Virus record (IMG/VR): IMGVR_UViG_3300042923_001106
Coordinates: 32,001-96,000 of that record
Reading direction: 5' to 3' (one strand)
Source: a virus
Length of the DNA stretch: 64,000 nt
Notes under the pieces: model-generated
Database searches by the model: none
What the model saw: the letters and a program-made list of their open reading frames with translations, nothing else
Told to the model about the DNA's origin: nothing
Position numbers and translations under genes: made by a program
In this document: positions 37,351 to 47,953 of the stretch, in pieces
Layout of the letters: each line of letters starts with the position of its first letter
Numbering within the stretch: position 1 is the first letter of the stretch

Positions 37351-38181
37351 ATGTCAGATATCCAGAAGCATACGACAATTAAAGTAAACGATGACATTAA
37401 AGATCGAATCAATACTTTGGTCGAAGAGTTGGGTGCCAGTAGTCAAAAAGATGCGATGGATTATTTGTTAGGTTTACATGCAGTCAAAAGAGAAATTGAG
37501 AGCGGTAAAGAAATTCCTCGGATCACTGACATGAAGTATCACTTTGCTCGTATCGAAGGTATTTTCACTGAGTTTGTACTAACATCAAGAGACCGTGAGG
37601 TTTTTGATGCTGAGACCATTAGTATACTGAAACAAACTATAGAAGATCAAAAGATCCAACTGTATGACAAGTCGATTGAGAATAGTAGTCTGAGAGAAAA
37701 TTATGATCAATCTATGCAAGAGTTGACTACTAGGCACGAAAATGAAATATCTGTTTACTCTGCTGAATTTGACAGAGTAAAAGGTGTAAGTGCTCTTGTT
37801 AAAGAAAATACAGCCAAAGAACTTAAACAGATGGAGCAGCTGGTCGAGCAGTATAAGGAGTCAAAAGAGCAAGCTGAGAAGTTAGTCAAGTTAGCACAAG
37901 AAGCAAGCGAAAATGCTCAAAATAAACTTAATGAATATTCAAATAAGGTGAAGGAATATGACTTGCTTCAACAAGTGAATGAGGATCTGAAAAGCAAATT
38001 ATCAGAAATTAAGAATTTGCTTAAAGGAAAAGAGTATGAATGCAAAGAAGCGATATTGGCTACCGAGAGAAAGCGTCTCGAACAGGTTGGTAAATTGCGT
38101 GAAGAGTTAGCGTCTCAAAGAGAAATATATGCTGAACTCAAGATCGAATCGTCTCGGTTAAGAGGAGCACACGATAAATAA
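37351..38181 (+). CDS. Coiled-coil protein with possible N-terminal ribbon-helix-helix domain
   Basis: HTTIKVNDDIKDRINTLVEEL followed by long E/K/Q-rich heptads. Confidence 0.6.
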   Translation: MSDIQKHTTIKVNDDIKDRINTLVEELGASSQKDAMDYLLGLHAVKREIESGKEIPRITDMKYHFARIEGIFTEFVLTSRDREVFDAETISILKQTIEDQKIQLYDKSIENSSLRENYDQSMQELTTRHENEISVYSAEFDRVKGVSALVKENTAKELKQMEQLVEQYKESKEQAEKLVKLAQEASENAQNKLNEYSNKVKEYDLLQQVNEDLKSKLSEIKNLLKGKEYECKEAILATERKRLEQVGKLREELASQREIYAELKIESSRLRGAHDK

Positions 38182-38210
38182 AATAAATAACAGAATGGGA
38201 GTTACTATAA

Positions 38211-38510
38211 ATGAAACTTGAAAAGTACCTTGAGGAAAACCATCCTGATGTGCTTGGTCAATATCGTGCATTTATTAGAAAAGATACACTTCCCAAAATC
38301 GGGGCTACTGTAAAGACCATTCGAGGTGGATTTGGTGACTGGAAGGGTGGACGGCATCTTAGAGTTGTAGGTTATGGATATAAGGGAGAGAAAAGTGGTG
38401 GCGCGTCATGGGGAGATAACTTCATCGTCTTAAGAGGGGATAGTCGGAAGGATGAGTACCTTTCAAGAATGGACGAATGGTGGAATGACTTTGTTATTGT
38501 GAATGAATGA
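38211..38510 (+). CDS. Hypothetical protein
   Basis: 99-aa ORF. Confidence 0.65.
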   Translation: MKLEKYLEENHPDVLGQYRAFIRKDTLPKIGATVKTIRGGFGDWKGGRHLRVVGYGYKGEKSGGASWGDNFIVLRGDSRKDEYLSRMDEWWNDFVIVNE

Positions 38511-38533
38511 AATCACTATTTCATCGGAGGAAT

Positions 38534-39004
38534 ATGATGGAACAAATTAGCAAATACCACTATAAAACTTACGTAGGTTTCAAAGAGGATAATGGATATA
38601 GAATGAGTTGGAATTCAAGTCATCCAGATCTTGAGCCAACAGAAACATTCAGTTTAGGTTATACAGATGTTTATTGTGTCTATTGTTGTGGTCAAGCGTA
38701 TCCAATTCAAGCAGGACTAAAAGGAGTTGTATACGGCTACACCAAAAACTATGATGTGACCGGTTATACATGTATCTGTGAAGCAGCCGAGAATGAAAAG
38801 TTACAAAGAAAAGAATTGAAGGAGTTACAAGAAAGACATAAAAAAGAAGAATTAGAACTGATGAGAAAGTTTCAACCACTTCTAAAGCAGGATAAACGGA
38901 AACGTCTTGAATTGAAGCATAAACGAGAATTGTATGAGCTTGAAAATGATGAGAAATACGAAAGACAGATGTCGTTGAGAAGTAATGAAGTAGTTAGGAA
39001 ATAA
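38534..39004 (+). CDS. Hypothetical Cys-containing protein
   Basis: CVYC...CIC; stop codon lies in the motif. Confidence 0.65.
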   Translation: MMEQISKYHYKTYVGFKEDNGYRMSWNSSHPDLEPTETFSLGYTDVYCVYCCGQAYPIQAGLKGVVYGYTKNYDVTGYTCICEAAENEKLQRKELKELQERHKKEELELMRKFQPLLKQDKRKRLELKHKRELYELENDEKYERQMSLRSNEVVRK

Positions 39005-39024
39005 AATCGGTATTTTATCGAGAG

Positions 39025-39228
39025 GTGATAATGAAAATGAGTGATGAACAGGTGGCGTCACTATATAAATTTTATGTTAAAGAGACGATACGGTTGCTCA
39101 ACATTAAATGTAGAACCAAAAATAGAAGAATTAAATTTAAACTATTTGCAAGGATTATGAAATTAAAAGATAAATATGATTGGACTTATGATGAGATTTA
39201 TAGACGTAGACTATTACAATTCAAATGA
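39025..39228 (+). CDS. Hypothetical protein
   Basis: 67 aa, bounded by two exact motifs. Confidence 0.6.
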   Translation: MIMKMSDEQVASLYKFYVKETIRLLNIKCRTKNRRIKFKLFARIMKLKDKYDWTYDEIYRRRLLQFK

Positions 39229-41053
39229 AATTTGTGTTTCATCTTACGATTTAAAATAAAATAAACCAAAGGGAGAACTAGTAAATGGAATTTAAACAAT
39301 TCAAAGAAATGCTGCAAACAAATTTTCAACAAATGTCGAAAGAAGTAACACACTTATTTGAAGTGAACTTGGATAAGGATGAACTCTGGAACTTGTACTT
39401 AGACAGTTTTCCAGATGGAACTAATTTGATTTTCAGAGAACGAAGAGAATATGACTGTTCTTGCTGTAGACAATTTGTAAAAAATATTGGCAATGCGGTT
39501 GTGATCAAGAACAATAAAGTAACGACCATCTGGGATTTCGAGACGGATGATGTTAAATTTCAACCTGTTCTTGATGCGCTATCATCGTTTGTCAAATCTA
39601 AAGTTGTTTCTGACGTATACATTAGCAAATTTAAGAAAATGGGAACAGATAAAAATTTCGAAGAGGTTAACGGTGGTGCAAAGGAATGGCAACATCTTTA
39701 TCTTGAACTACCTGATAAGTATGTAGATAAAAGTTCGCGTTCTGAGGGTGACATTAAGGGAACTTACCGTGACACGAGAAACGTCTTCAAAAGATCCTTA
39801 GATGAAATTACTGAAGAAAGTCTTCTGACCGTGTTGGAACTCATTTCACAAAACTCGCTCTATAAGGGTGAAGAGTGGAAAGCAGCGTTAACAGAGTTCC
39901 ACAAGCATAAAAAAGAATACGATAAACTCCAGACACAACAAGAGAAGTCAAATTATGCTTGGGAGCAATCCGTAAAAGTTGGTGGCGCTATTGGCAGAAT
40001 CCGAAACCATAGCATGGGCACATTGTTGATTAACCTGAGCGAAGGAATGGATCTTGATACAGCCGTCAGGAAGTATGAAGTAATTGTTGCTCCGTCCAAT
40101 TACAAAAGACCGAAAGCAATCTTTACTAAGAAAATGTTGGATGATGCAAAAGAAACATTGCAACAACTTGGATATATGAATTCTCTTAATCGGCGTTTTG
40201 CCACTCTCGACGATATTACAGTGAATAATATCCTTTTCTCCAACAAAGATTCTGCGAAGCGAATTAGCGGCTCCGACGTGTTCGATGAAATGTTGGGCGA
40301 AGTTGCTATTAATCCGAAGAAATTTTCTAAAGTTGAAGAGATCCCGATTGAAGCATTTATCAAAGAAGTGCTGCCGACATCTAAGGAAGTCGAGGTTTTC
40401 CTAGAAAACAAACACTCTAACAACATGGTTTCCTTGATTGCTCCAGAGAATAGGGATGATAAAACTATGTTTAAATGGGGAAACGGTTTTAGTTGGGCAT
40501 ACTCTGGAAACATTACCGACAGTGCAATGAAAGAGCGAGTGAAGTCGGCAGGTGGCAATGTAGAAGGTGTATTGCGGTTCTCGATTCAATGGAATGACGG
40601 AAATTTCAACGGTAATGATTTCGACGCTCACTGTATCGAGCCAAGTGGCAATCAAATTTATTACGGTAGCAAGAAAAACTGGGCCACTACTGGTGAATTG
40701 GATGTAGATATCATTCGTCCCGAAAGAAGCAAGCCAGCAGTTGAAAATATTACATGGACAAATAGAGATAAGATGGCAAAGGGAACTTATAAATTCTTTG
40801 TTCACTGCTACTCTAACAATGGCGGTCGGGATGGATTTAAGGCAGAGATCGAGTTCGGTGGACAAATTTATTCGTTTGAATACAACAAAGAACTTCGTCA
40901 AGGTGAGAAGGTGCATGTTGCAGAAGTTAATTTCGATCAAGATGGGTTTACAGTTAATGAAAAACTGCCTTCCAATGTATCATCTCGCGACATTTGGAAT
41001 GTAAAATCGAATCAATTTGTTCCGGTTTCGGTCGTCATGTATTCGCCTAACTA

Positions 41054-42774
41054 GGGCTTGCTGAACAAAGTTTTCTCGAGCTAAGCCCAACGAACATTTC
41101 CGTAAACCAAGAATCTGAAAAAAAGAAAAAAGAGAGCCCGTAGTCGGCGCTCCAAGTTCATGACCAAGAATTGGAGGGTGATTACGGTTTGACTGGAATC
41201 GGATCGGCGTGTTCGAATAAGACCAAGCCCAAATCGACGTTTGCCTTCTCCGAATTTCCCTTCGATGGCATTTCGATCTGCAGCGTCTTGGCGTTCTTGC
41301 TTTCGATGATCCTGTTCCTGATTCACTTTTGTGGGTCTACCTAGCTTGGGACCACTTAGCCGAATTCCTAGTGCCTTGCAATAGTTTAAGTTTTCTCGGT
41401 TTCGGTAGATCTTATCGGCCAAGATGACAGCTGGATAGTAGCCATGACGCTCTTTGTATGCTTCAACCGATCCCTGTAATGTGGTCGACTCATTAAAATT
41501 ATCCCATTGCATCGTTTCGATCCAAGTGTATCCGCCCACCAAACTGGCCGCAACCTTGGCACCAAATTCAACTGGTGTTCCTGCTTTTCCCCGGACGATG
41601 GGGCGTACATGAGGCTGCTCGATGCTCACGATACGATCCGCGACGGAATGGGTTTGGTTTTTCATCATCTCGCTCTGTTGCCGAACCAGTTCATGGATGA
41701 CAAGGAGGTGGTGATAGTGGGTTTTGCTGAGTACGGTGAGCGGTGTGTGTTCGAGCAGCTTTTCGATGATTCGCAAGTCTCTACCCACATAGGAAAGCTG
41801 CTTCTTGACTGCTTTTTTAATTGTCTTCCCTTTCACTTTGCGCTGCTTGGATACGTTCAGAAAAGCTTTTCGAGCTTCCTCACGATAGGTCCGTGGCTTT
41901 TCCATTTGGCCGATGTGCGGTTGGTGCAGGGTATCGATGATACGTTCTAGGATCTCTCGAGCATGATTCAGCAAGCCCAAGTCCGTCGGATACTTGATGT
42001 CAGCTGGCGCACACGTCGCATCCAGCATTAACGTTCCCAGGTTGGTTTCGTTCTCACCGGACTTTGGTGGTAAGACTTTGAGTGTTTTCATCGGTTTCCG
42101 CACTTTTTTTAGAGGGGATTCGGCCACCTCTGGAACCGTAAGGGCGTCTCCAACCTCCAACGTCAATTGACCGCTGTCAGGATCGTCATCGTCCTTGTCC
42201 TTACTGGCCTTTTCTTGGCGTTGGGCAGCAGCTTCTTGCTCGGCTTTCAAACCTTCCTTGGCAATCACATCATTGACTTCGGCCAGAACATCGGCACCCA
42301 AACGCACTCGAAAATGAGTCATGAGGGAATGATGGAACGGCTCTTGATCGATATAACCCACATACCCAAGGAAGAACTGAAGGTATGGATTTTCCATGAT
42401 CTGCAGGGTTGTTTCCCGATCACTCAAACCAAGTCTTTCCTTGATGATCAACGCTCCAAGTGCGATTCGAACCGAATACGCTTCTTGACCTAGGAGTGGT
42501 GACCTGAACGAATCGGTATACTTCTCTTCCACCTTGTCCCACGGGATCATCTTGGCAAGTTGAACCCAACGATTATTAGGATTCAGTTTCCCACCGAAAG
42601 GCAGATGGAAATCTTCTATAAGTTTTGGCGTACTTTCACTCATTTTAAACATTATTTATTCACTCCGTATGCAAGGTTTTTGGCCGATTTCCGTCTTTTT
42701 CCTTGCATATAAATTCGACAGAATGAGCTCAAACCCCTTGTGGGAGTAAGAAATTATATTTGTTCAGCAAGCCC
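41054..42774 (-). mobile_element. IS5-family insertion sequence
   Basis: IRs GGGCTTGCTGAACAAA / TTTGTTCAGCAAGCCC; flanking duplication TAACTA at 41048-41053 and 42775-42780. Confidence 0.92.
41081..42652 (-). CDS. IS5-family transposase
   Basis: 523 aa; LMLDATCAPADIKYPTD, RIVSIEQPHVRPIVRGK, ILADKIY, RNAIEGKFG. Confidence 0.92.
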   Translation of the reverse strand: MFKMSESTPKLIEDFHLPFGGKLNPNNRWVQLAKMIPWDKVEEKYTDSFRSPLLGQEAYSVRIALGALIIKERLGLSDRETTLQIMENPYLQFFLGYVGYIDQEPFHHSLMTHFRVRLGADVLAEVNDVIAKEGLKAEQEAAAQRQEKASKDKDDDDPDSGQLTLEVGDALTVPEVAESPLKKVRKPMKTLKVLPPKSGENETNLGTLMLDATCAPADIKYPTDLGLLNHAREILERIIDTLHQPHIGQMEKPRTYREEARKAFLNVSKQRKVKGKTIKKAVKKQLSYVGRDLRIIEKLLEHTPLTVLSKTHYHHLLVIHELVRQQSEMMKNQTHSVADRIVSIEQPHVRPIVRGKAGTPVEFGAKVAASLVGGYTWIETMQWDNFNESTTLQGSVEAYKERHGYYPAVILADKIYRNRENLNYCKALGIRLSGPKLGRPTKVNQEQDHRKQERQDAADRNAIEGKFGEGKRRFGLGLIRTRRSDSSQTVITLQFLVMNLERRLRALFFLFFRFLVYGNVRWA

Positions 42775-43077
42775 TAACTATTGGGATGAGCAGCATGGCA
42801 TTGGACATAAGCATTATTTCTTCATGTTGAAAGATTGCGTTAATCCTGAAAATCCAAATGGATTTTATAATGAATTCTTGAAGGAGGAGTTAGTTCAACA
42901 CAAACGAGTATTTGAAGCGTTGGGCGGCAAGATGGCAGTTAAAGATGTAGATGATCAATTGTCAGGCGTTGGATTCTCTTCGACAAAACGAAATGAGCTA
43001 TTGGTAAAAGTAAAAGGGCAAACCGAACGAGTATTGCAAATTAAATTCTAAATTAAACTAAGGAGATGTTTTAGATT

Positions 43078-43467
43078 ATGACAAATGCAAATATGTTTGA
43101 GGTAGCAGTTCGGACTAAGATGCGGTTTACGTTTAAAGGCGTAATTTCTGTAGAGGATCTGTGGGATTTGTCGGTTGAGAATTTGGATGCAATTTTCAAA
43201 ACACTCAATTCGCAACTGAAGCAAGTAAAAGAAGAAAGTTTATTGAGCACAAAAACGAAAGAAGACAAAGAACTGGACGTAAAAATCGAAATCGTAAAAT
43301 ACATTGTTAACGTGAAATTGGAAGAGCGAGATAAGCAGCAAAAAGCGAAAGAGCAAAAGGAAAAGAAGCAGAAGATTCTTGAGCTAATCTCTAACAAACA
43401 AGATGAAGCCTTGCAAAATAAATCCGTTGAAGAACTTCAAGCAATGCTTAACGAATTGGATAACTAA
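43078..43467 (+). CDS. Conserved phage coiled-coil protein
   Basis: MRFTFKGVISVEDLWDL; 129 aa. Confidence 0.75.
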   Translation: MTNANMFEVAVRTKMRFTFKGVISVEDLWDLSVENLDAIFKTLNSQLKQVKEESLLSTKTKEDKELDVKIEIVKYIVNVKLEERDKQQKAKEQKEKKQKILELISNKQDEALQNKSVEELQAMLNELDN

Positions 43468-43542
43468 GTGATGGAAAGTGGGTGGTGGTTTCTTACCACT
43501 GCCCCATGAAACTCGTCATTCGAGGGAAAAGGAGAATAAAAA

Positions 43543-43806
43543 ATGACAAAAGATGAATGTAAACAAAAATATTGCGAGTTTATTGATTCACTGACTACAG
43601 AAGAATTTCAAAGATATTTAGATGATGATGACGAATATCCTGATTTCTTTTATGGGCTACACTCAAATGTTGAAGACCTAGCTACTGTACTTGTAAGAGA
43701 AATAGATAATAACAAAAGACCAATAGAGATCATCTTATATCCTAAAAATATTCATGGTGAGTTAGAGTTTGCAATTGATATTTGGCACAAATATGAAAGC
43801 AAATAA
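43543..43806 (+). CDS. Hypothetical protein
   Basis: 87 aa; stop codon lies in the motif. Confidence 0.65.
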   Translation: MTKDECKQKYCEFIDSLTTEEFQRYLDDDDEYPDFFYGLHSNVEDLATVLVREIDNNKRPIEIILYPKNIHGELEFAIDIWHKYESK

Positions 43807-43833
43807 AATTCGTAATTCATAGGAGGAGTTTAA

Positions 43834-44379
43834 ATGAATAAACAATATCAAAAAATCGAATTTACGTGGGGCGGAAATATAGAAACGGCGGTTAATAAAT
43901 TACTGAGTTTTAAAGAGAAAGGAATTCTTGCTTGCGGTGAGTTTAACGGAGTAACCCTGTATTCTGACACGGTTACAATGGACGGAGCATACAATTCGAT
44001 TATAGGGCAGACCAAAAGCGAATTTGATGAGTCGCAAAGAAAATGGAGAGAAGACCATGAGCGCAGAGAAAAAGAGTTCAAAGAGAGCATTCCGACGCTA
44101 AGTGAAGAGTGGATGATTAAAGGTAAAGAAGTGTTGTCTGAGGATAAATGGGAACTATGGGATCGAATTGTTCCAGTTAGGCTTAATGATTTGTATCGTG
44201 GGATGGAGTTGGGATGTTGCTTAGACATTGTAAAAATTCTAAACAATGATGGTAGTCTCGATGAGGCGAAAAAGGCAATCGAAGATCAAAATCATTCGGG
44301 AATGTCTTTTGGATTGGTCTGCTCTATGGTCAGAGAGTTTAGTGACCGAGGAAATGAATTCGTAAGTTACGTCAGGTAA
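43834..44379 (+). CDS. Hypothetical phage protein
   Basis: 181-aa ORF with strong RBS. Confidence 0.75.
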   Translation: MNKQYQKIEFTWGGNIETAVNKLLSFKEKGILACGEFNGVTLYSDTVTMDGAYNSIIGQTKSEFDESQRKWREDHERREKEFKESIPTLSEEWMIKGKEVLSEDKWELWDRIVPVRLNDLYRGMELGCCLDIVKILNNDGSLDEAKKAIEDQNHSGMSFGLVCSMVREFSDRGNEFVSYVR

Positions 44380-44502
44380 GGTTATCAAATAAAATCCGCA
44401 TTTTATAAAATAAAAATATAGAGTATTAATTAAATTTGATTAAGAATACCTCTTATACATAACATATCAGTCACCTTAGAGAATGACAAAAAAATCAAAG
44501 AG

Positions 44503-44697
44503 GTGATTTTTATTGGACGGTATTTATTGGAGAAAATGATTGGCTACGATCCGAACACTAAAGTTGAAACTTGGCAAAAGGTAATGGAGAGCGATGATTT
44601 GGATACTCTAAAAGAATTTCTTGGTAATAATTATCGAATCATTGATCGTGCAACCGGCGGATATGGAAGAGAAATATTTAGGAGTGAGTTAGAGTAA
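44503..44697 (+). CDS. Hypothetical protein
   Basis: 64-aa ORF; hairpin ATCCTGCTGA/TCAGCAGGAT downstream. Confidence 0.55.
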   Translation: MIFIGRYLLEKMIGYDPNTKVETWQKVMESDDLDTLKEFLGNNYRIIDRATGGYGREIFRSELE

Positions 44698-44738
44698 CAA
44701 AAATCCTGCTGATGAGATTCAGCAGGATGTACATAATT

Positions 44739-44930
44739 CTAGGATTCTTCTACATCGTCGAATGATATAAATGTATCTAGAACTTCGAATGTTACATTAT
44801 CCTCAACTTCGGTAGCATTTAGATAATCATAGTTTATCATTGCTTGATTTAACGCTTCTTCGGGTGAATTTGCTGGGATTCGAAGTGTTATGTATTTCGT
44901 ATAAGTTCCGTAAACAATGTACTCTTCCAC
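44739..44930 (-). CDS. Small hypothetical protein divergent from the XRE regulator
   Basis: 63 aa; AAGGAG RBS. Confidence 0.65.
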   Translation of the reverse strand: MEEYIVYGTYTKYITLRIPANSPEEALNQAMINYDYLNATEVEDNVTFEVLDTFISFDDVEES

Positions 44931-44947
44931 TGATTATTCGCTCCTTT

Positions 44948-45024
44948 TGTGTCCTTGTGTCCTTTGATTGTTATATTAATCTAAATGTGTCCTTGTGTCA
45001 ATATTTTCTTGGAAACGAGGACAC
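44948..45024. promoter_or_regulatory. Operator-like GTGTCC repeats in a divergent promoter region
   Basis: TGTGTCCTTGTGTC at 44948 and 44986; inverted GAGGACAC at 45017; TG-A-TATAAT at about 45030. Confidence 0.7.
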
Positions 45025-45062
45025 GAAATGATATAATGTAGATAATCGGAGGTTGATTAGAA

Positions 45063-45863
45063 ATGTACAACAAAGACACTCTTGGCGAAATTTTAACAGA
45101 ATACAGGGAACAGAATGGGTTAGGGCTTCGGGAAGCAGCAGAAAAGATCGGGATCAGTTATTCATATTTAGGTAAGATTGAAAGGCAAGATGTTAGACCA
45201 CCTAAAGAGACTGTAATCAAAATTGCTGAAACATTGGGACTTTCAGTATATAGGCTACTAAATTCATCCGGATATGTAGTAGACATTTTGAAGGATGTTC
45301 GCACGGTTGATCTAAATTTAACTCATGTTGAGCTTCTTGAAGTATTGGAAAAACATAGAATTTATGCCACTATGTATTTAAGACAAGAGGTTTATAAAGT
45401 AGAGCCAAATTATCGAAAGTTTTGCGACAAAATAAATTTTGAATATGAGAGATTCTATGACATTACTACAAATGAAAGATATACTACATTGCACGAGGCA
45501 GCGACTTTATGTCTTTTTTTAAATGTTAATTTTAGCGATGTATTTCAAATAAAAAAAGTAAATTATGACGTTAAATTTATTGGCATGCAAAAAGAAGAAG
45601 ACGTAGCACTTCAATGTCACATGATGATAGAGAAATTCAAAATTAAAAGTCGTGAGAAAAAAAATGAGAGTTCAGATGAGATTGCGGTAACTGCAGAAAA
45701 TGATAACTCAAGAAAGATTAATTTTTCAACTCATGCAATTTCTCAAGAGTTAATTAATTCAGATATGAAGAAGTATCTGCTAGATATTAATGATGATGAA
45801 CTTTATTACTTAGTTCGACAACTTCAGTTATATCGACAGTTAAGATTGAAAATAGGTAAATAA
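45063..45863 (+). CDS. XRE-family HTH repressor with C-terminal extension
   Basis: LGEILTEYREQNGLGLREAAEKIGISYSYLGKIERQ...P. Confidence 0.85.
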   Translation: MYNKDTLGEILTEYREQNGLGLREAAEKIGISYSYLGKIERQDVRPPKETVIKIAETLGLSVYRLLNSSGYVVDILKDVRTVDLNLTHVELLEVLEKHRIYATMYLRQEVYKVEPNYRKFCDKINFEYERFYDITTNERYTTLHEAATLCLFLNVNFSDVFQIKKVNYDVKFIGMQKEEDVALQCHMMIEKFKIKSREKKNESSDEIAVTAENDNSRKINFSTHAISQELINSDMKKYLLDINDDELYYLVRQLQLYRQLRLKIGK

Positions 45864-45903
45864 AATCCTGATTTCATACTAACAATAAAAGGAGAATGAA
45901 AAA

Positions 45904-46206
45904 ATGACAGAGTTAATTAGTTATCCAGAACACGAAAAATTGAAAAAGGTAAGAGATAAATCACAAGCGATTGGAGAATTCCTTGTGTGGCTACAAGAAA
46001 GATATACGCTCTGTAGTTATTTACCTGTCAGTACCAGATTGACCGAGGAGGGGCATATTGAGATTGTAGAAGATGAACGCGCCAGACATCCTTTCCATGT
46101 GCCCGTAACAAAAAATATCGAAGACTACTTATCCGATTATTTTGGAATCGATCAAGAGAAATTGGAAAAAGAAAAACGTCAAGCGTTAGCGGCACTAAGG
46201 CAATAA
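45904..46206 (+). CDS. Hypothetical protein
   Basis: 100 aa, motif-bounded. Confidence 0.7.
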   Translation: MTELISYPEHEKLKKVRDKSQAIGEFLVWLQERYTLCSYLPVSTRLTEEGHIEIVEDERARHPFHVPVTKNIEDYLSDYFGIDQEKLEKEKRQALAALRQ

Positions 46207-46242
46207 AACACGGAATTTATTGGGAAAGGAAGAGAATACAAA

Positions 46243-46428
46243 ATGAATGGTGCAGAAGTCCAAATCAGAGACAAAACATCCAGATTTGATGGGATGGTTG
46301 GAAGGATTGTGAAAGTCCAGAAGACACTGCAAGGAAACGATCTTTATATAGTAGCAATGAATCCATTCATCTCTGAGTCATTCTTTCCTGATGAAGTGTT
46401 TGTTTTAGATGATCCAATAAAAAACTGA
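46243..46428 (+). CDS. Hypothetical protein
   Basis: 61 aa, motif-bounded. Confidence 0.6.
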   Translation: MNGAEVQIRDKTSRFDGMVGRIVKVQKTLQGNDLYIVAMNPFISESFFPDEVFVLDDPIKN

Positions 46429-46448
46429 TTTTATGGGGAGGAATCAGA

Positions 46449-46757
46449 ATGTTAACGATTGAGGCACTTGTTAATAAAGGATTTAATCGGACAGTGTATG
46501 AGGATCAAACTGGAAAACCAGTTTTTTATACTAGAGAATTTAACGAGTTAAGCGATGTTAAAAGGTTACATAAATACTTGGGGGAAAGTATTGGTGAGTT
46601 TGATTTTGATTACGATGGACTTCGTTGTGTGGTTGAAATTGTAGAGGATTTAAGTGAAGGCCAGTACCTATTTACGGAGAAAAAAATTGAATTCGGATAT
46701 AGTACTCACGACAGACTTTCGACAGAAGATTTTCAACAATTGTTAGATATTTTGTAA
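46449..46757 (+). CDS. Hypothetical protein
   Basis: 102 aa, motif-bounded. Confidence 0.7.
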   Translation: MLTIEALVNKGFNRTVYEDQTGKPVFYTREFNELSDVKRLHKYLGESIGEFDFDYDGLRCVVEIVEDLSEGQYLFTEKKIEFGYSTHDRLSTEDFQQLLDIL

Positions 46758-46793
46758 AGTGATAAAACGGAGATTTCATTCGAATACAAAGGA

Positions 46794-47168
46794 GTGATTA
46801 ATGTGAAGTTAATGGAAGTATCTCTAGCCTTAGTTGTTAAGCTGGTTATGCAGGACTTGGATAACTATATAGAAGGAAAAGAAGAATACTTAACAACTAA
46901 TATCAGAGATGATATTGATCATTGGTTCGAATGGGCTGTATCTGATGATGTTACAGATAAAGAGAAAGAGATAATACTAAACGAACTTCACGAATGTCTT
47001 AACGATATGCGAGTGTGGGCTGAAGATGAGGAAGAGTACAGTGAAATCTTGAACAAAATTAATAGGTATTTTGAAGAGAAATTAGAGAACTCAGAAGAAG
47101 TAGGTGTGTTTAAAGATATTGTTATCAATTACTACAAAGAACAAATAGCAGAAGAATGGAATATCTGA
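46794..47168 (+). CDS. Hypothetical acidic protein
   Basis: 124 aa, motif-bounded. Confidence 0.7.
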   Translation: MINVKLMEVSLALVVKLVMQDLDNYIEGKEEYLTTNIRDDIDHWFEWAVSDDVTDKEKEIILNELHECLNDMRVWAEDEEEYSEILNKINRYFEEKLENSEEVGVFKDIVINYYKEQIAEEWNI

Positions 47169-47414
47169 GAATAAAAGATTGGTTTCATGGGGAGTGGATG
47201 ATTTGGAGGAATTATTGGCTGTAATCGAGCGATACAAAGAAACATTTAAGCGAAAAGAAAGATTGCTTAAACCATATCGTGATAAAAAAGAACGACAGAA
47301 GATTTACTTATAAATGAATCAATCTCAATGTTAATTTTGGAGGCCGAAATACGTCAATTGAAAGAAATCATCGAGGATCTTGAACATGTTGTTAGCAGAT
47401 AAAAGACTCGTTTC

Positions 47415-47648
47415 ATGGGGAGGGTGAATAGCTTGAGGAGTAAGGTGCCAACTAATATTAAAGAGGCAATCAGAAAAGCAGCGAAATATAATGCTAAGGC
47501 AAAACAGTATGAGGATATTGTTGAACGTTGGTTTGCAGCAAATGGAGTTGAAGAGAATGATAGCTTCAGGGATACATTTATTGATTGTGTGCAACAAAGT
47601 CCCGATCCTGAAAGGGCAATTGAGGTTTTTGAAAGATACTTAAACTAG
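47415..47648 (+). CDS. Hypothetical protein
   Basis: 77-aa ORF. Confidence 0.55.
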   Translation: MGRVNSLRSKVPTNIKEAIRKAAKYNAKAKQYEDIVERWFAANGVEENDSFRDTFIDCVQQSPDPERAIEVFERYLN

Positions 47649-47685
47649 GAAGAGGTGATTTTCAATAAAGATTTCACATTGGGAG

Positions 47686-47910
47686 ATGTTGCTGTTAATT
47701 TATCAGAATCAATTAGAATCCTTCCCTGTGTACAAAATACAGTGCCACAAAACACTTCTACGTACATGTCTTAAGAATGGATGGGTAGAAGAAAAGGAAA
47801 ACGATACTGTTATTGTAACTGACGCAGGTCTTGAGGCGGCAATGATTGAAATAGCTCCGCTTTATGAGCGCAATAAGGCAGCACAAATCGGACAAACATT
47901 TTCAGGATAA
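47686..47910 (+). CDS. Hypothetical protein
   Basis: 74 aa; stop codon lies in the motif. Confidence 0.55.
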   Translation: MLLLIYQNQLESFPVYKIQCHKTLLRTCLKNGWVEEKENDTVIVTDAGLEAAMIEIAPLYERNKAAQIGQTFSG

Positions 47911-47953
47911 AATACTAGTTTTATTTTGAAATAAACACAAAGGAGATGACGGC

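Larger units (their letters stand above)
39285..43051 (+). pseudogene. Conserved phage protein (about 679 aa) interrupted by IS5
   Basis: Removing the IS and one TAACTA copy restores ...[17 protein letters not shown]... in frame. Confidence 0.9.

Noticed and set aside
41386-42493. Alternative ORFs within IS5, and 42740..43051 as an independent gene
   Set aside because: The former are shadows of the transposase. The latter is the C-terminal remainder of the interrupted gene, with an apparent start inside the IS end.
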